DNA of 62,063 bases, the filler included, from Rhabdomonas costata (Eukaryota): assembly GCA_019059605.1 (NCBI GenBank). It is 22 parts of 22 records of this genome, joined end to end, with 100 filler letters (N's around TTAATTAATTAA, not from the genome) between each part and the next. Parts side by side here need not be neighbours in the genome. Positions count along the whole stretch, not along the records: positions 25,430 to 28,153 come from JAHMHO010002244.1; positions 28,254 to 30,977 come from JAHMHO010002245.1; positions 31,078 to 33,799 come from JAHMHO010002246.1; positions 33,900 to 36,621 come from JAHMHO010002247.1; 18 more parts are not named here. The stretch is one strand, 5' to 3'. Position numbers and translations under genes: made by a program. The notes under the pieces were generated by a model that did not search any database, was not told the origin of the DNA, and saw nothing but the letters and a program-made list of their open reading frames with translations. Shown piece after piece: positions 25,595-36,419 of this stretch; position 1 is the first letter of the stretch, and each line of letters begins with the position of its first letter.

Positions 25595-27752
25595 CTGGGT
25601 GTGCTTGCGCCACAGCTCGAGACTTCGGTCGGCGCTCACGAAGACCACCTCGAATTGCTTTCCCTTGCCTCGGATGCTGTTGTAGGCCTGAAAAAATGAG
25701 ACACCGAGGTTTGCACAAGTACCTGGGTGAGGCACGTCGCCGTTTTGTGACGGCTCAGAGCTCAGCTTTGGAACGAGAAGAGATGATGAGAAGCACCGCC
25801 TCAGGATGGAAGGGGGCGGAGGGCAGGGGCAGCGCATACCTCAATGAGGTGAGGGGTAAAGCGCTGACACCCCGGGCACCACTCAGCGGAGAAGAACAGC
25901 CCCACGACGTGGCTGTGCAGGCAGTCCAGCGGCTTCCGCTTGCCTGCGGCGTTGCGGAGGAAACCTTCCTCCGCAGAGCTGCGCAACCCACACTCCAATA
26001 TGGATCGAAGGGCGGGAGCGATTGCGAAAAACGGGGACTATTCGCTCGGCTTCAGTAGCGCAGAGGATTCAGATGATCTTCTCGCTGAATGAAAGGCCGC
26101 GAGAATAGGATCGGTGCAGGATGCCAGCGAAGGAAGGAAGGAAGGAAGGAAGGAAGGAAGGAAGCCAAGAATTGGCCTCCTGAAATTGGTGTCCAAAAGG
26201 AGAGCACAGAAAAAGACATGGGCCGCCAATCAGCAAGGTTAGACAAGGTAGACGAACATTTCGGGAATGTGCGATGCAACACCTACCTAGCTTTCACCAT
26301 GCGACCAAAACATGACCTCGAATATTCACCAACATGACATGCCTGACGAATTCCTTCAGCGGGGCCAGAGTCAGGGGGAGCCTTTCCGGCAGCCCGGCCT
26401 GGGTCAGGGCCTGCGCCGCGGCCTGCACTGCGGGCACGCTGCGCGCCCATCGGCGTCCCAGAGAGAGCACGGCCTGAGCAGCGCGCGTGGTGGCCTCCCA
26501 CCGCAGAGCCAGAAAGATCTGCTTAGCCGTGCCCCGAGCGACGCCATGGCGGGCCAGAAGATACCGCACAGCCTCCAGCACAGCCTTCACGGCGTTGTCC
26601 TGTGTTGGAAGGTGAGCGAGGGAGGAGCGGTGAGGGGGGAGGGCAACCAAGGAGCATATGTATGACAGCCTTGGGAAAAAGGCCAACGACACCACTGAAC
26701 ACCACGGCTCCCGCTCCAACCCACCATCCAACACCCTGCATAACACCTCATACTAGAATAAAGCAGCCCTAGATCGAAGCAACCACCACTTCCAACGCTT
26801 TAAAACACTCCAAAATACCCATATTTCAACACCCACCACCGCTACCCCAGGAGGGTGCCCGTCAGAAGTCCTAGGTGGCACCATCAACGGACCGAAATCC
26901 ACGCAGTGTTCCCCACTCTGCAACACATTGAACCCATTGAACTGAAAAACACTCACGTGACCACGCAAGGTGGCAGGGCGAAGAAAAGGTTAGAACACCC
27001 CGACAGGATGCCAACCACCTGCATTGACTCAGGCAAGGAAACCACACGGGAGGACGACCTTGGAGCGGGCCGGGGTTCTCCACTCCCCGCAGGGGTCCTC
27101 TGCGGACTGCACCAGTGCCTCTCCCAGCAGCCGCCCCGAGATGGGCGTGCCTCCGCCCGCACGGGGCAGCTGCTCTGCCGCAAGGAAGGGCAGCAAGACA
27201 TCGTACAGCACCTCCGCGCGGGCGTACTCCGAGGGCCTGGCCCCCGGATCGTTGGTGCGCATCCACAGCGAGAACAGCACGGCCCAGAAGCCGGGATCCC
27301 TGAACGGTGGAAGAGTTACACCATGTCTGTGCGTCGTGCCCCTGGTGGGCGGGTACCGCAGAAACTCCCCTGGAAATTCCAGCGGAACCCTCATCATCCA
27401 TCCCATCCCAAACATCCGAAAAACGCATCCCACCAGGGTATCCCTTTCTCATTCCGCAACACTGTGCAGGCGCCTTTGCCTCACAATCACAATCACATGA
27501 GCACGAAGAAGAACAAGGACGAAGGACAGACTTGAGGGCCGGAAGGGCATTACAGTACCACGGAACGGCATATTTGCGTATGCCTTAAAACATCCAACAG
27601 GACGCCAAAACAACCTCATTCGTGAGGCCGGGATGTCGTTGATTCTGATGGAGGCTTTGTACTTCAGCTTTGGAAAGTCTGGGTGGCCACCAACCACCCG
27701 GGAGGGGTGGTACTCCAACCCCGCACCCATGTTGCACGTAACAAAGGCGTAC
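25595..27752 (-). CDS. Large multidomain protein with an internal nucleoredoxin/tryparedoxin-like domain (exons 27752-27615, 27299-27059, 26599-26343, 25978-25840, 25687-25595; partial)
   Basis: All four joins are phase-consistent. The last two exons give VVGLFFSAEWCPGCQRFTPHLIE|AYNSIRGKGKQFEVVFVSADRS, a Thioredoxin_8-type pattern. Confidence 0.8.
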
Positions 27753-28253
27753 CTGAAAAGGCGCCACAATGAAAAAGGGAGAAATGTCCGCATGTTGCCA
27801 CCAAGTTTCCATCGCAGGATCATTTAACAAACGCCTCACCTTTCAAGATCTTTTTGCTGAAGACTGGCATATTCAAAGTTGTAATACCGACTTGCTCACC
27901 CGTCAGTTTCAAAACCAGTATGGCGGTAAAAAGAGTGGCGCTTCTCTGAAAGTCAAATAACTTTTGCAAATAACTTGTCCAAAGCATTTGAAAACCACTA
28001 GACAGGGGAAAAATGTCACACCTTTTCTTGACATTCACACAATCAGAAGACAAAGCGACGACTAACGTCACCATTGCATTAAGAACTTAATACACTAGTG
28101 CAGCACCCAAGAAACCATTACCAAAAAGGACAGTACGGTGGAAAACACCCACANNNNNNNNNNNNNNNNNNNNNNNNNNNNNNNNNNNNNNNNNNNNTTA
28201 ATTAATTAANNNNNNNNNNNNNNNNNNNNNNNNNNNNNNNNNNNNNNNNNNNN

Positions 28254-28410
28254 GGGGGGTGTCATTTGAGGATGGATCCGACGAAAGGGAAGGGGCGGTG
28301 GATGAGGAAGCGGCCTCCTCCGTGGAGGCGGGCACGAGGTACCTCACACGGCCCGACCTCAGCGGGCGGCCCAACCACAAGCAGTACAGCCCCTGCACTG
28401 CGCTCAGGGC
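28254..28410 (+). CDS. Probable exon of an unidentified protein (approximate)
   Basis: GC-rich, acidic reading frame SFEDGSDEREGAVDEEAASSVEAGTRYLTRPDLSGRPNHKQYSPC at the contig start. Confidence 0.35.
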
Positions 28411-29615
28411 TGCGTGTGGGAGTACAGAGAAGATGCACACACACATTACGTGTATATGGCATGGTTTGATTTTGGTGAAGGTCTTTTATGCCTCCAGCGG
28501 GCTTCCAAACACTCTCCCGCTCGGCTGCTGGGGGGAGATTCTCGGAAAACGTCAATGGAGCAATAAGAAGCGGTGCTAGGGAGCTCCAAACCTCTGCCCT
28601 TGCCCTGTGTGCTGAGAGCTCAATGGCATCTCTTCACACACACACACACACAGCATAGCACAACATCAGTCTCGTGTATGGGAAACTGACGCTGGACAGC
28701 CTGGGCAGACAACAGGAAAACCACAACGTCGAGTGAAAGCAGTTCAGTGCTCTGTGGCATTTCTGGAGAGAGAAAAACCACACTCGAGAAGAGAAAGGCT
28801 GGAGCTCTGGGGTTAAAAGGGCAAGGCTACTTCGGGGGGAGCGACAATTACGCATCTCAACCCCTGAGCAGAAGGCAAATGATTCAGTTCTTTGCAATAG
28901 ATTCACCGAACGAACCCGATCTGAAGAAATTGCACGCGCGATGAGCATACCATCGCACAGGGGATGAGATTCGGCAAAGAACGCCTGAAACGAGGGCGTC
29001 ACCTTCTCTCGGCCCATCACAAATGCAAGAGAACAACAAACCAGTAAAAGGGGTGCTGAATTGTAAAGCTAACCAGCGTTCATTGCACCACGTAATCTTG
29101 TTCTATGTTCGAGCACAGCAAAGTGGCCATTCGTATTCGTGGTTACCACTGGGGATGACTAAGGATACAAATGCCTAAGAAGGCCGAGGGCTCCAGGTGT
29201 AACTGAAAGAAGCTCGCTCCCTTGAAATCCCTGGCATCCACCTCACCCCTAACCCCTTTAAAGCCCTCCAAGTCTCGAGAATCTGCGTGTGTGTAATGTA
29301 ATTGTGGGTTCTCGGGACTTGTAAGGAGTTGGAACCCTTCATCTCCCTAGAAACAGACCAAGAATTACCCAGCCCTCCGCAATAGTCTCTGTTAAGCATG
29401 ACTGCCCCCGCTTGCCGAGGTATCAGTGGGCCACCTTCGTTGAGCAGCTCGTGAAATATGGGAAGATACAATAATTCGAAGATGCAAAAACTAGGGCAGA
29501 GCAGACTGATGCAAAAGCCTCGAAGCTAATAAGGAGAGACACGTGGCGACCAAAGAGCGGCCACTGGGGCCCACGACATTCCGCTTCAGCAAAACCACAT
29601 GAGAAAAGGGAGCAC

Positions 29616-30746
29616 TCAGTCGTCCAGATCGATCACCTCCACTGCACCTCTCCTGGACTCCTGCACCCCCCAATGTCCGTCAGGGTACACGTCCACTGCC
29701 AGCACCTGGCTGGATGTGCTCCCGAGTATCTGAGCAACGCAATCCATTCTCACGCACATAGCAACTGAAAACAGCAACAGCAACGCAACCCTTGTCTGCA
29801 CATTTTCGGTGCGCGAGTGCAAGCAAGCAAGATTTTCTCTTTTTGAGGCAAGAAGGCCAGCAGATGCCCATTTTATAGCCAGCGCGAAGCACTCCTGAGG
29901 TCTACCGTTATGTATCGTAAGGAGCCCCGACCAAAAGCTTAGGCATAGCCTGCAAGGGCCTGCAAAGGCACAAAATAACCCGAAAAATCCCTCTAGCGCA
30001 GCTCTAAACCGAAGCATTCCGGCCCACTCCGATGCCAGCACGAAGTACTCCTGTGCTCTACCTTTTACCCCCATTTCGAAAGCTCCCCGCACCCGTGGCG
30101 GAGAAATGCATGTCCGCTCACTCTGGGTCCACTTCGCAAGATGTCGCAGGGTTGGTTGTTATAAGCTTGGGTACAATTTCGGGGGAGGGAGGGGGCTGCG
30201 TGACCAATGCAAGCTAGGCGCAGAACCAACAGCCAAGTGTCCGACAAGTACAACAACACCATGTCCAAAATTGCTCAGGTGGGTCCACTCTAGGCAGACC
30301 AAACGGTGCGAGTTTCCTTTTGTTTGTGAAATTCAAACCCATGGCTCCTCGATAAAATGGCTTTTCGCTATTGATTCATTCAGAAGTCAGGAAATAGGAC
30401 CAAAACAAAAATAAGACCGGGGGTGGGATGGTCTACCACCAACGATTAACCAGAGAACGGCATTTACCCCACCTTCCCTCAAAGTGCGGACGGGTGGACC
30501 CGTGACCCTTCCGAAATATCATGAGGGCACAGTCCTTCCCAAGGTGTTTTGGTGGTGCATGTGCCGGGAGTGGGGGTCCAGGCAGGCCTCGTCGAAGTAG
30601 GGGCTGTAGTAGAGATCCAGCAGGTCGCACCGCTTGCCACAGATGGGGCAGCACCAGTCTGATTTATGGAGCCCCAGCTTGCTTTGCGTGCTGCGGCGCA
30701 GCAGGTCGGGAAGATCAAAGCACTGCACGTGGCTGCACCCGCGGCC
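29616..30746 (-). CDS. SP-RING (MIZ) zinc finger, PIAS/SIZ-type SUMO E3 ligase, 3' exons (30746-30588, 29729-29616)
   Basis: GRGCSHVQCFDL...WCCPICGK...DLYYSPYFDE|ILGSTSSQVLAVDVYPDGHW...EVIDLDD*. SP-RING followed by the DGxW motif and a terminal SUMO-interacting motif. The intron is GC-AG. Confidence 0.9.
29886..30062 (+). repeat. Dispersed repeat family 2, copy inside the SP-RING intron
   Basis: 29990-30062 aligns with the reverse complement of 60418-60490 (GCTCTAAACyGAAGCAwTCCGGCCCACTCCG...GAAGTACTCCTG). 29911-29975 aligns with the reverse complement of ~60350-60413. Confidence 0.8.
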
Positions 30747-32742
30747 CTGTGGGAAAAGTGTCTTTGAACAGACAATTTGTCATTTGTGCTTGCTCAAATT
30801 TATCACAACAATATCGAGGGTATCGAGAAACAAGGCTTTTGCAAGCAATCTCTATCATTTAGTTTCCAAGTTTTGCTGTTGACAGGAAAAGGTTGGTTGA
30901 AACCCTGCAAGGATTTTGTTTTTCAAATAATCACGAGCACAGACTTGCACGCCATATGAAGTCAAATCCACAGTGATNNNNNNNNNNNNNNNNNNNNNNN
31001 NNNNNNNNNNNNNNNNNNNNNTTAATTAATTAANNNNNNNNNNNNNNNNNNNNNNNNNNNNNNNNNNNNNNNNNNNNGGAAACAAAAACCTCAAACAGAA
31101 CGTACACCACGAGGTAAGCACATACACACCCCAGGGTACTGCCATCATGGAACCTCCGGGGAAGATCCTGAAAACAACAAGACCTTGAAGAGAATGGCAG
31201 ATGGAAATGCTACACAGTGTTATCGCGCAAGTTGGAGAAGGGTTGGTTGGTAAAGAATCAAAAGGGAGAGGCTTTGAATGGGTAAGATCAGCAATTGTAG
31301 GTCGGAGGCTCTTTCAGAGTCAAGCCAAGGGGCCGCGGACTCGGCAGAGGGAGGGGGTATTGGCGCTTGCAGATTTGGGAAAAAACTACCCTCCAACTCT
31401 GAAGAAGCGTGCGGGAACAAGGTAAAGGCAAGAACCGGCGGGATGCCCGAGGAATAAGGGAAATGGTGAAGTGTACACGAAATGGGTCACCTGAAGCCCG
31501 GGATCCCCTATGGCACGGAGCTCAGCCACGGTCAGCACGAGCACCCCAACGCAGAAGCCCAGACAAGCAGCCTCCGCTCCCTCTGACAAATGCACCCAAA
31601 CAAAAAAGAAGACTGGCACCCGGAAGGTCTGGTGTCTTATGTATGTGCAGCAGGTCTCCCGAAACGTTTCGTAGTGGGTCCTTGGGGTCGAACTTTCCAC
31701 TTGGCCCGTTGTGGTGTCCTTTGGCAGCTATTTGGAATCCCTTTCAGGCCACTTCTTGCCCCACGGAGCAGAGGGGTTAACGAAAGCACCCACAACATAC
31801 TGGAAAACGCACATCCCTCCTCTCAACCCTCACCCCGGCCACGAAAATCGCTCGAGGCCACATTTAAGTCACACCCGTGCAAGCAACCGCTGTGTTCAAA
31901 GGACACACCGACGAGACGGAGGAGTGCCCTAGCGATGCAGCTGTTGAATGAAGGGTCCCCAACACTCGACTCTGTAGCAAAATTTCTGAAGCTTGCAGCC
32001 GCTGGGCTTTTTTTGCTTGGGTTTTTCAGGGTCGGAGCGGTGGAGAAAGGCTCCTGAATCTAGCCCAAACAGAAATGAAATGGGACGTCCGCTCACGGAA
32101 ATCGATCTCGGACAAACGAGTAGAGGTTCGTCCGAAAAATGCAAGACGGGTGTGGTGGGGTGGGGGGCAGGTGCAAAATGAAACCCGGAGAAAGTGCCCG
32201 AGTAAGCAAGGCACGGCTGAAGCCCTGGCCGCTGAGGCAGGATAGGACCAGCGCATTTACCGGAGCGCAGCGCAGAACCGCACCCGCCTCACTTGCCGCA
32301 CAAACGCTGACTCGGTGGGTGAGCTCCGTGAACCCGTGCAAAGTCTGCACACATACGAGCGCAGGAAAGGTGCATGAGGGAAAACTGCCCATCTCCTCGC
32401 TATAAGTGGTTTTTGTGGAGGATGTTTGACCCGAACAGTCCTCAACACTACAATCTATCCGTCTATATATATTTTTTATGGTTAATCCCTTTTTACCAGT
32501 TTCTGAAGTCTGCTTTTTCGTCGTTCCGTCTGTTCGCGCCTTCCTTCAATCCCGCTCTGTGACACTCGGTTAGTTGTACTTGCACCCTCTAACCTCTCGC
32601 ATTAACCTGAGAGCTGATGGGTCTCAGCTTTTTGAAGACTCGGCAGCAGGCCGGGTTGCATTGTGACTTGCGACAGGTGGCTCGCTGGCTGATGACTGAC
32701 GCACGAAGATGCGACTACCGACAAGATATACATGACAAGAAA

Positions 32743-32773
<31 letters not shown>

Positions 32774-33692
32774 CTTTCCTGAGTCAGGCCAGTGCACAAA
32801 ACAGGGTGAATCTGGAACCAGAATAGAGAGAGTAAATGAGAAAGCATAGAAAGAGACAGGGAGTGAAGCAAACCATCAACCATAAATCTCGGGGTTGCTT
32901 GTGTGCGTTTGTCTTTCTGCGCGCTCGACAACCTTCTCATCGATGGCTGGATGCACAATGCTTGCAGAAAGGCTCGCAGAACGGAGCTCCTCCTCAAGGG
33001 TCTGCAGCAGCTCCGGGGATGTATCCCCGATGTCAACAACCACGGCTCGAAGGAACTGCAGCCCATAAAGGACCTCAACAATCTTATCCCGCTTCCTTTT
33101 TTTTTTGAGAAGTACGAGCAAAAGGGCCATTCCACAGCTCGTTGAACACAGGGCACTCTTGCCCCACCTCGGGTTTAAAGTGCTGGAAGCCCGAACCCAA
33201 ACGTACGCCAATTCAACCAGAACACCACAAAAAGGCTTGGGACCAAGAAGGGCATTTGGCCTCCGAAACTTGACATCACTGAACGGTCAGAGTTCACCTA
33301 ATCCCTAAATACAACTCGGGTACATTGCCACAGAAGTCCCAAACCCTTGTGGGAAAGCAGCGCTGGCACAGTTTAGAAGAACGGGAGGGAGAGAGAGGTG
33401 CTGAATCTTCCTTCTTCTGTGGTGGTTGCTCTTTCGTCTCACGCAAAACAAAGAGCAAACGGGGACGTCTGCAGTATAAACAAATCTGAACATGACAACA
33501 GTGTAGCAAATGTCACGTGTGACCGGTTTCTGTCCACCCACAAGAATGGTACAAGACACAGGTCACCCCTTACCCGCCCAACCGCCTGACACAGTCCTAC
33601 TGCAAAATTCTTCGTTGAACTCAGAGGAACGGATGCGAACCCGCAAAACACACGTACCGTTTTGTCGTGAGGGATGGCTCTCCAGGGGTCTC

Positions 33693-33792
33693 GGGAACGA
33701 TACAAAAGAAGGTCGGCCTGCGGCTTGTGGACAGCTCGGAACGCTGGGAGGGCTGCACTAGCCGCAGGCCGACCTTCTTTTGTATCGTTCCC
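33693..33792. repeat. Perfect 33-bp inverted repeat with a 34-nt spacer at a contig end
   Basis: GGGAACGATACAAAAGAAGGTCGGCCTGCGGCT (33693-33725) is the reverse complement of 33760-33792. Imperfect pairing extends on both sides. Confidence 0.95.
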
Positions 33793-34422
33793 AAAACCCN
33801 NNNNNNNNNNNNNNNNNNNNNNNNNNNNNNNNNNNNNNNNNNNTTAATTAATTAANNNNNNNNNNNNNNNNNNNNNNNNNNNNNNNNNNNNNNNNNNNNT
33901 TGTGTTGGGCACATCCCGTGCGTGCACCGCCCCCTAACCCCGTGCTGGCCTTCTGTTGCAATTCCAGAGGTACGTGTAAGGCGCTCATGTGTTTGGATCA
34001 GGCCGCGGCGCCGGCCTTCACGCGAAAATAATCTGCCCTAGGGGTTTTGTGATCGCACGGAAGCGTTTTACACCTAATGTTGGGTACATTTTCTCATGCA
34101 CTTTTCTCCAGTTGCTCTCATTTGAGCTCTGATTCACCTAAGACAGGCTTCTGTAATATGGAAGAAGATAAAGGTGATCGAAAACATTTTTGTGCGCATG
34201 GTTGAGTAGCGAACGCTATTCATGAATAGCGAACGCTCTCACGGCTGAGCAGCGAACAACATTCACGATATTCACGGCGTGAATAGCGCCGCTACGCACA
34301 AAAGAATCGCGGGAGGGGGGGGGACAAAAGTGTTCATAGCCATGTTCTCTGCAAAACACACGACACAGATTTAACCACGGAGATGATTCTTTGGTCGACT
34401 GGCCGCTGGTAGGGGGACACAC

Positions 34423-35468
34423 CGTGGGGTCGGTGCGAGCAGCCCCAATGTTGGTGATGACGGCGGAAACCCAGGATATGCTGTAAAACTGCGCGGACGT
34501 GAGTGTGAGTGCCGCGCGCGTAAAGGAAAAGAACCAGGAGACGCCTACAGTTTCGTCACAAGCACGCTTGAAACGGCAGCACTGGCCCACAGTGCATGTC
34601 GGAATACTGGACGTTAAAACACGTCCAAGGGCGTCATTTTGGAAACACCACATTTCAGCAACATTTCTTATACGGCCTCAGGACAGAGAACTTCAGTGAA
34701 CAGGCCACGTTTTGGACGTTTTCTTACTTTCTCGTCATTCGTGCCGCTTCTGGTTTTAACCTCTGCCTATCTCGCGAGCCTGTGGAGAACCCAATGGCAT
34801 ATGAAGTGTGGCTCGTTGATCTGTTTTATCTGCTCGATGATTGGAGCCGTGAGATGGGTTTAAGCACTACTTCCATTACAAATTATGATAAAGAAGAAGT
34901 TGGAGAAATGTCTGGCCAAGAAACCCAAAAGGTCACATCCAGCGGCACATGAAAATTCTGAAAAGAGCCGAAGTCACGGAAAATGAGAACAGCGGAATTT
35001 CGAAGAGTTCTTCTCCGCTTGTCTCACCTTGTTCTAGCGGTGCCGTATACTCACGTGTCAGTGACAGCCGGCACTGTGTGGCTTTTATTCCGTTTCTTCA
35101 AACTCGTATTTGTCGTGACCAGGGCACCCATCATATTGCGCGGAAAATAGAAAAATTAGACCCTTCATCCCCATCCAGTTACATGTCGATGCCCTCCCCA
35201 AGCCAATGCACACCAGGTTGCACAGCACAATTGCAGGCATGGGTAGTATCGGGGCGCAGAAGACCCCATAGAAAATGGGCAGCACAAAGATTAGTCCCCA
35301 TGCGGCAATCTGCATCGGATCCAGGGGCAGGACAAAGCCATGGGGGTGCCGCTTCAGCGTCGGCCCGTGGGCGTGCCCCGTGGCAACATCGGGGAAGCGG
35401 CTCGAAAACTCCGCAGAGGGGGTCCTCTGCGGGGGCTCAGCCTCAGACCATTCCATGGCGTTGGTCAT
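34423..35468 (-). CDS. DHHC-type protein S-acyltransferase (ZDHHC1/11-like), N-terminal exons (35468-35214, 34488-34423)
   Basis: KRHPHGFVLPLDPMQIAAW...FYGVFCAP, then a TM helix ending ARTDP, is the N-terminal signature of this subfamily. The DHHC domain itself lies beyond the contig. Confidence 0.7.
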
Positions 35469-36173
35469 CCCGCGGATGGCAGTGTAGGGGAGCACGGGAG
35501 TGCGGGGTGCACGCGCGCAGAGCTTCTTGGCGGAAGAGACTAGGACAGTGAAGACACTGACGTGGTCAGGTGGGCTGCAGACCATCTAAAGCACGTTTGC
35601 CGTGGGCATAATCTAAATCTAAAAAAAGTAAAGTAAATGAAAGACGGGTGTTTGTTGTGTATTCCGTGAAAGAGAGAAACAAAAACACCCTTTGAGAAAA
35701 CGTCGCTTCCAACACAACCGTCGTCGAAACTTGATGCTAAAACAAAACGTTGTGTGATGTGATCCAGTGGGTGGCGTTTTTCACCCCAGCATTCATGTTA
35801 ATTCCGGAAATTTGTCCCTCATCATCACGTGGTGCTGATTTGCTGAGTTACTGGTTATGATCATCAACCATTTAGTAAACCTACACGCTGTCACTGGCTC
35901 TTTCGCAAAGACGAGCCTACAATACAACCCCTGTGGCATACTTGTCCACTGAAAAGAGTGCGCATGAATCTCGAGTTAGCACCAATCAGGCTGCAGAGTA
36001 CCAAACAGAAGAACAAGCAACTTGACTTGCCAGCAAAGCAGGGCAAGTCAAGTAGGGTACAGCGAAGAGAATCGTTGCTAGGGATACAGAGAAGTACCCG
36101 AGCTATACACAGGTTAAGATTACAGGCAGGGTACAAAGGAAGGGGAGGGTCTCGAATCCGTCCCGCAAGACCA

Positions 36174-36419
36174 CTATATTCGCTTCTCAGTCAGCTGCGT
36201 CAGCACCTCCAGCTGCTGCTCTGGAGTGTCCGCAGTGACCACAATTCGAGTGAACCCGGAGACTGGCGAGGAAAGCTCAAAGTTGAGCAGGCGATCGGAC
36301 AGCCCGGAGTTGCGGAGGTACCAGAACTCCTTGACCCTTGAGCTCTTTTCGGGCCGTGAAACGTAAAACGTGCCCGCGTGAAGAACTCCAGGAAGGCTTG
36401 TGCCTGAGCATCTCAGGGC
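36174..36419 (-). CDS. Terminal exon encoding a small bacterial-type (PH-like) domain
   Basis: TTTCAG acceptor, then ALRCSGTSLPGVLHAGTFYVS...KEFWYLR...LLNFEL...FTRIVVTADTP...*. This resembles the bacterial motif RxPGTxxPG..AGT...FW...IEL...YxRLVVxVxDP. Confidence 0.55.
   Translation of the reverse strand, partial: ALRCSGTSLPGVLHAGTFYVSRPEKSSRVKEFWYLRNSGLSDRLLNFELSSPVSGFTRIVVTADTPEQQLEVLTQLTEKRI

Noticed and set aside
23741-30746. Apparent ubiquitin/SUMO/redox gene cluster (HECT, nucleoredoxin, SP-RING)
   Set aside because: The genes lie on three different contigs, so the adjacency is artificial.
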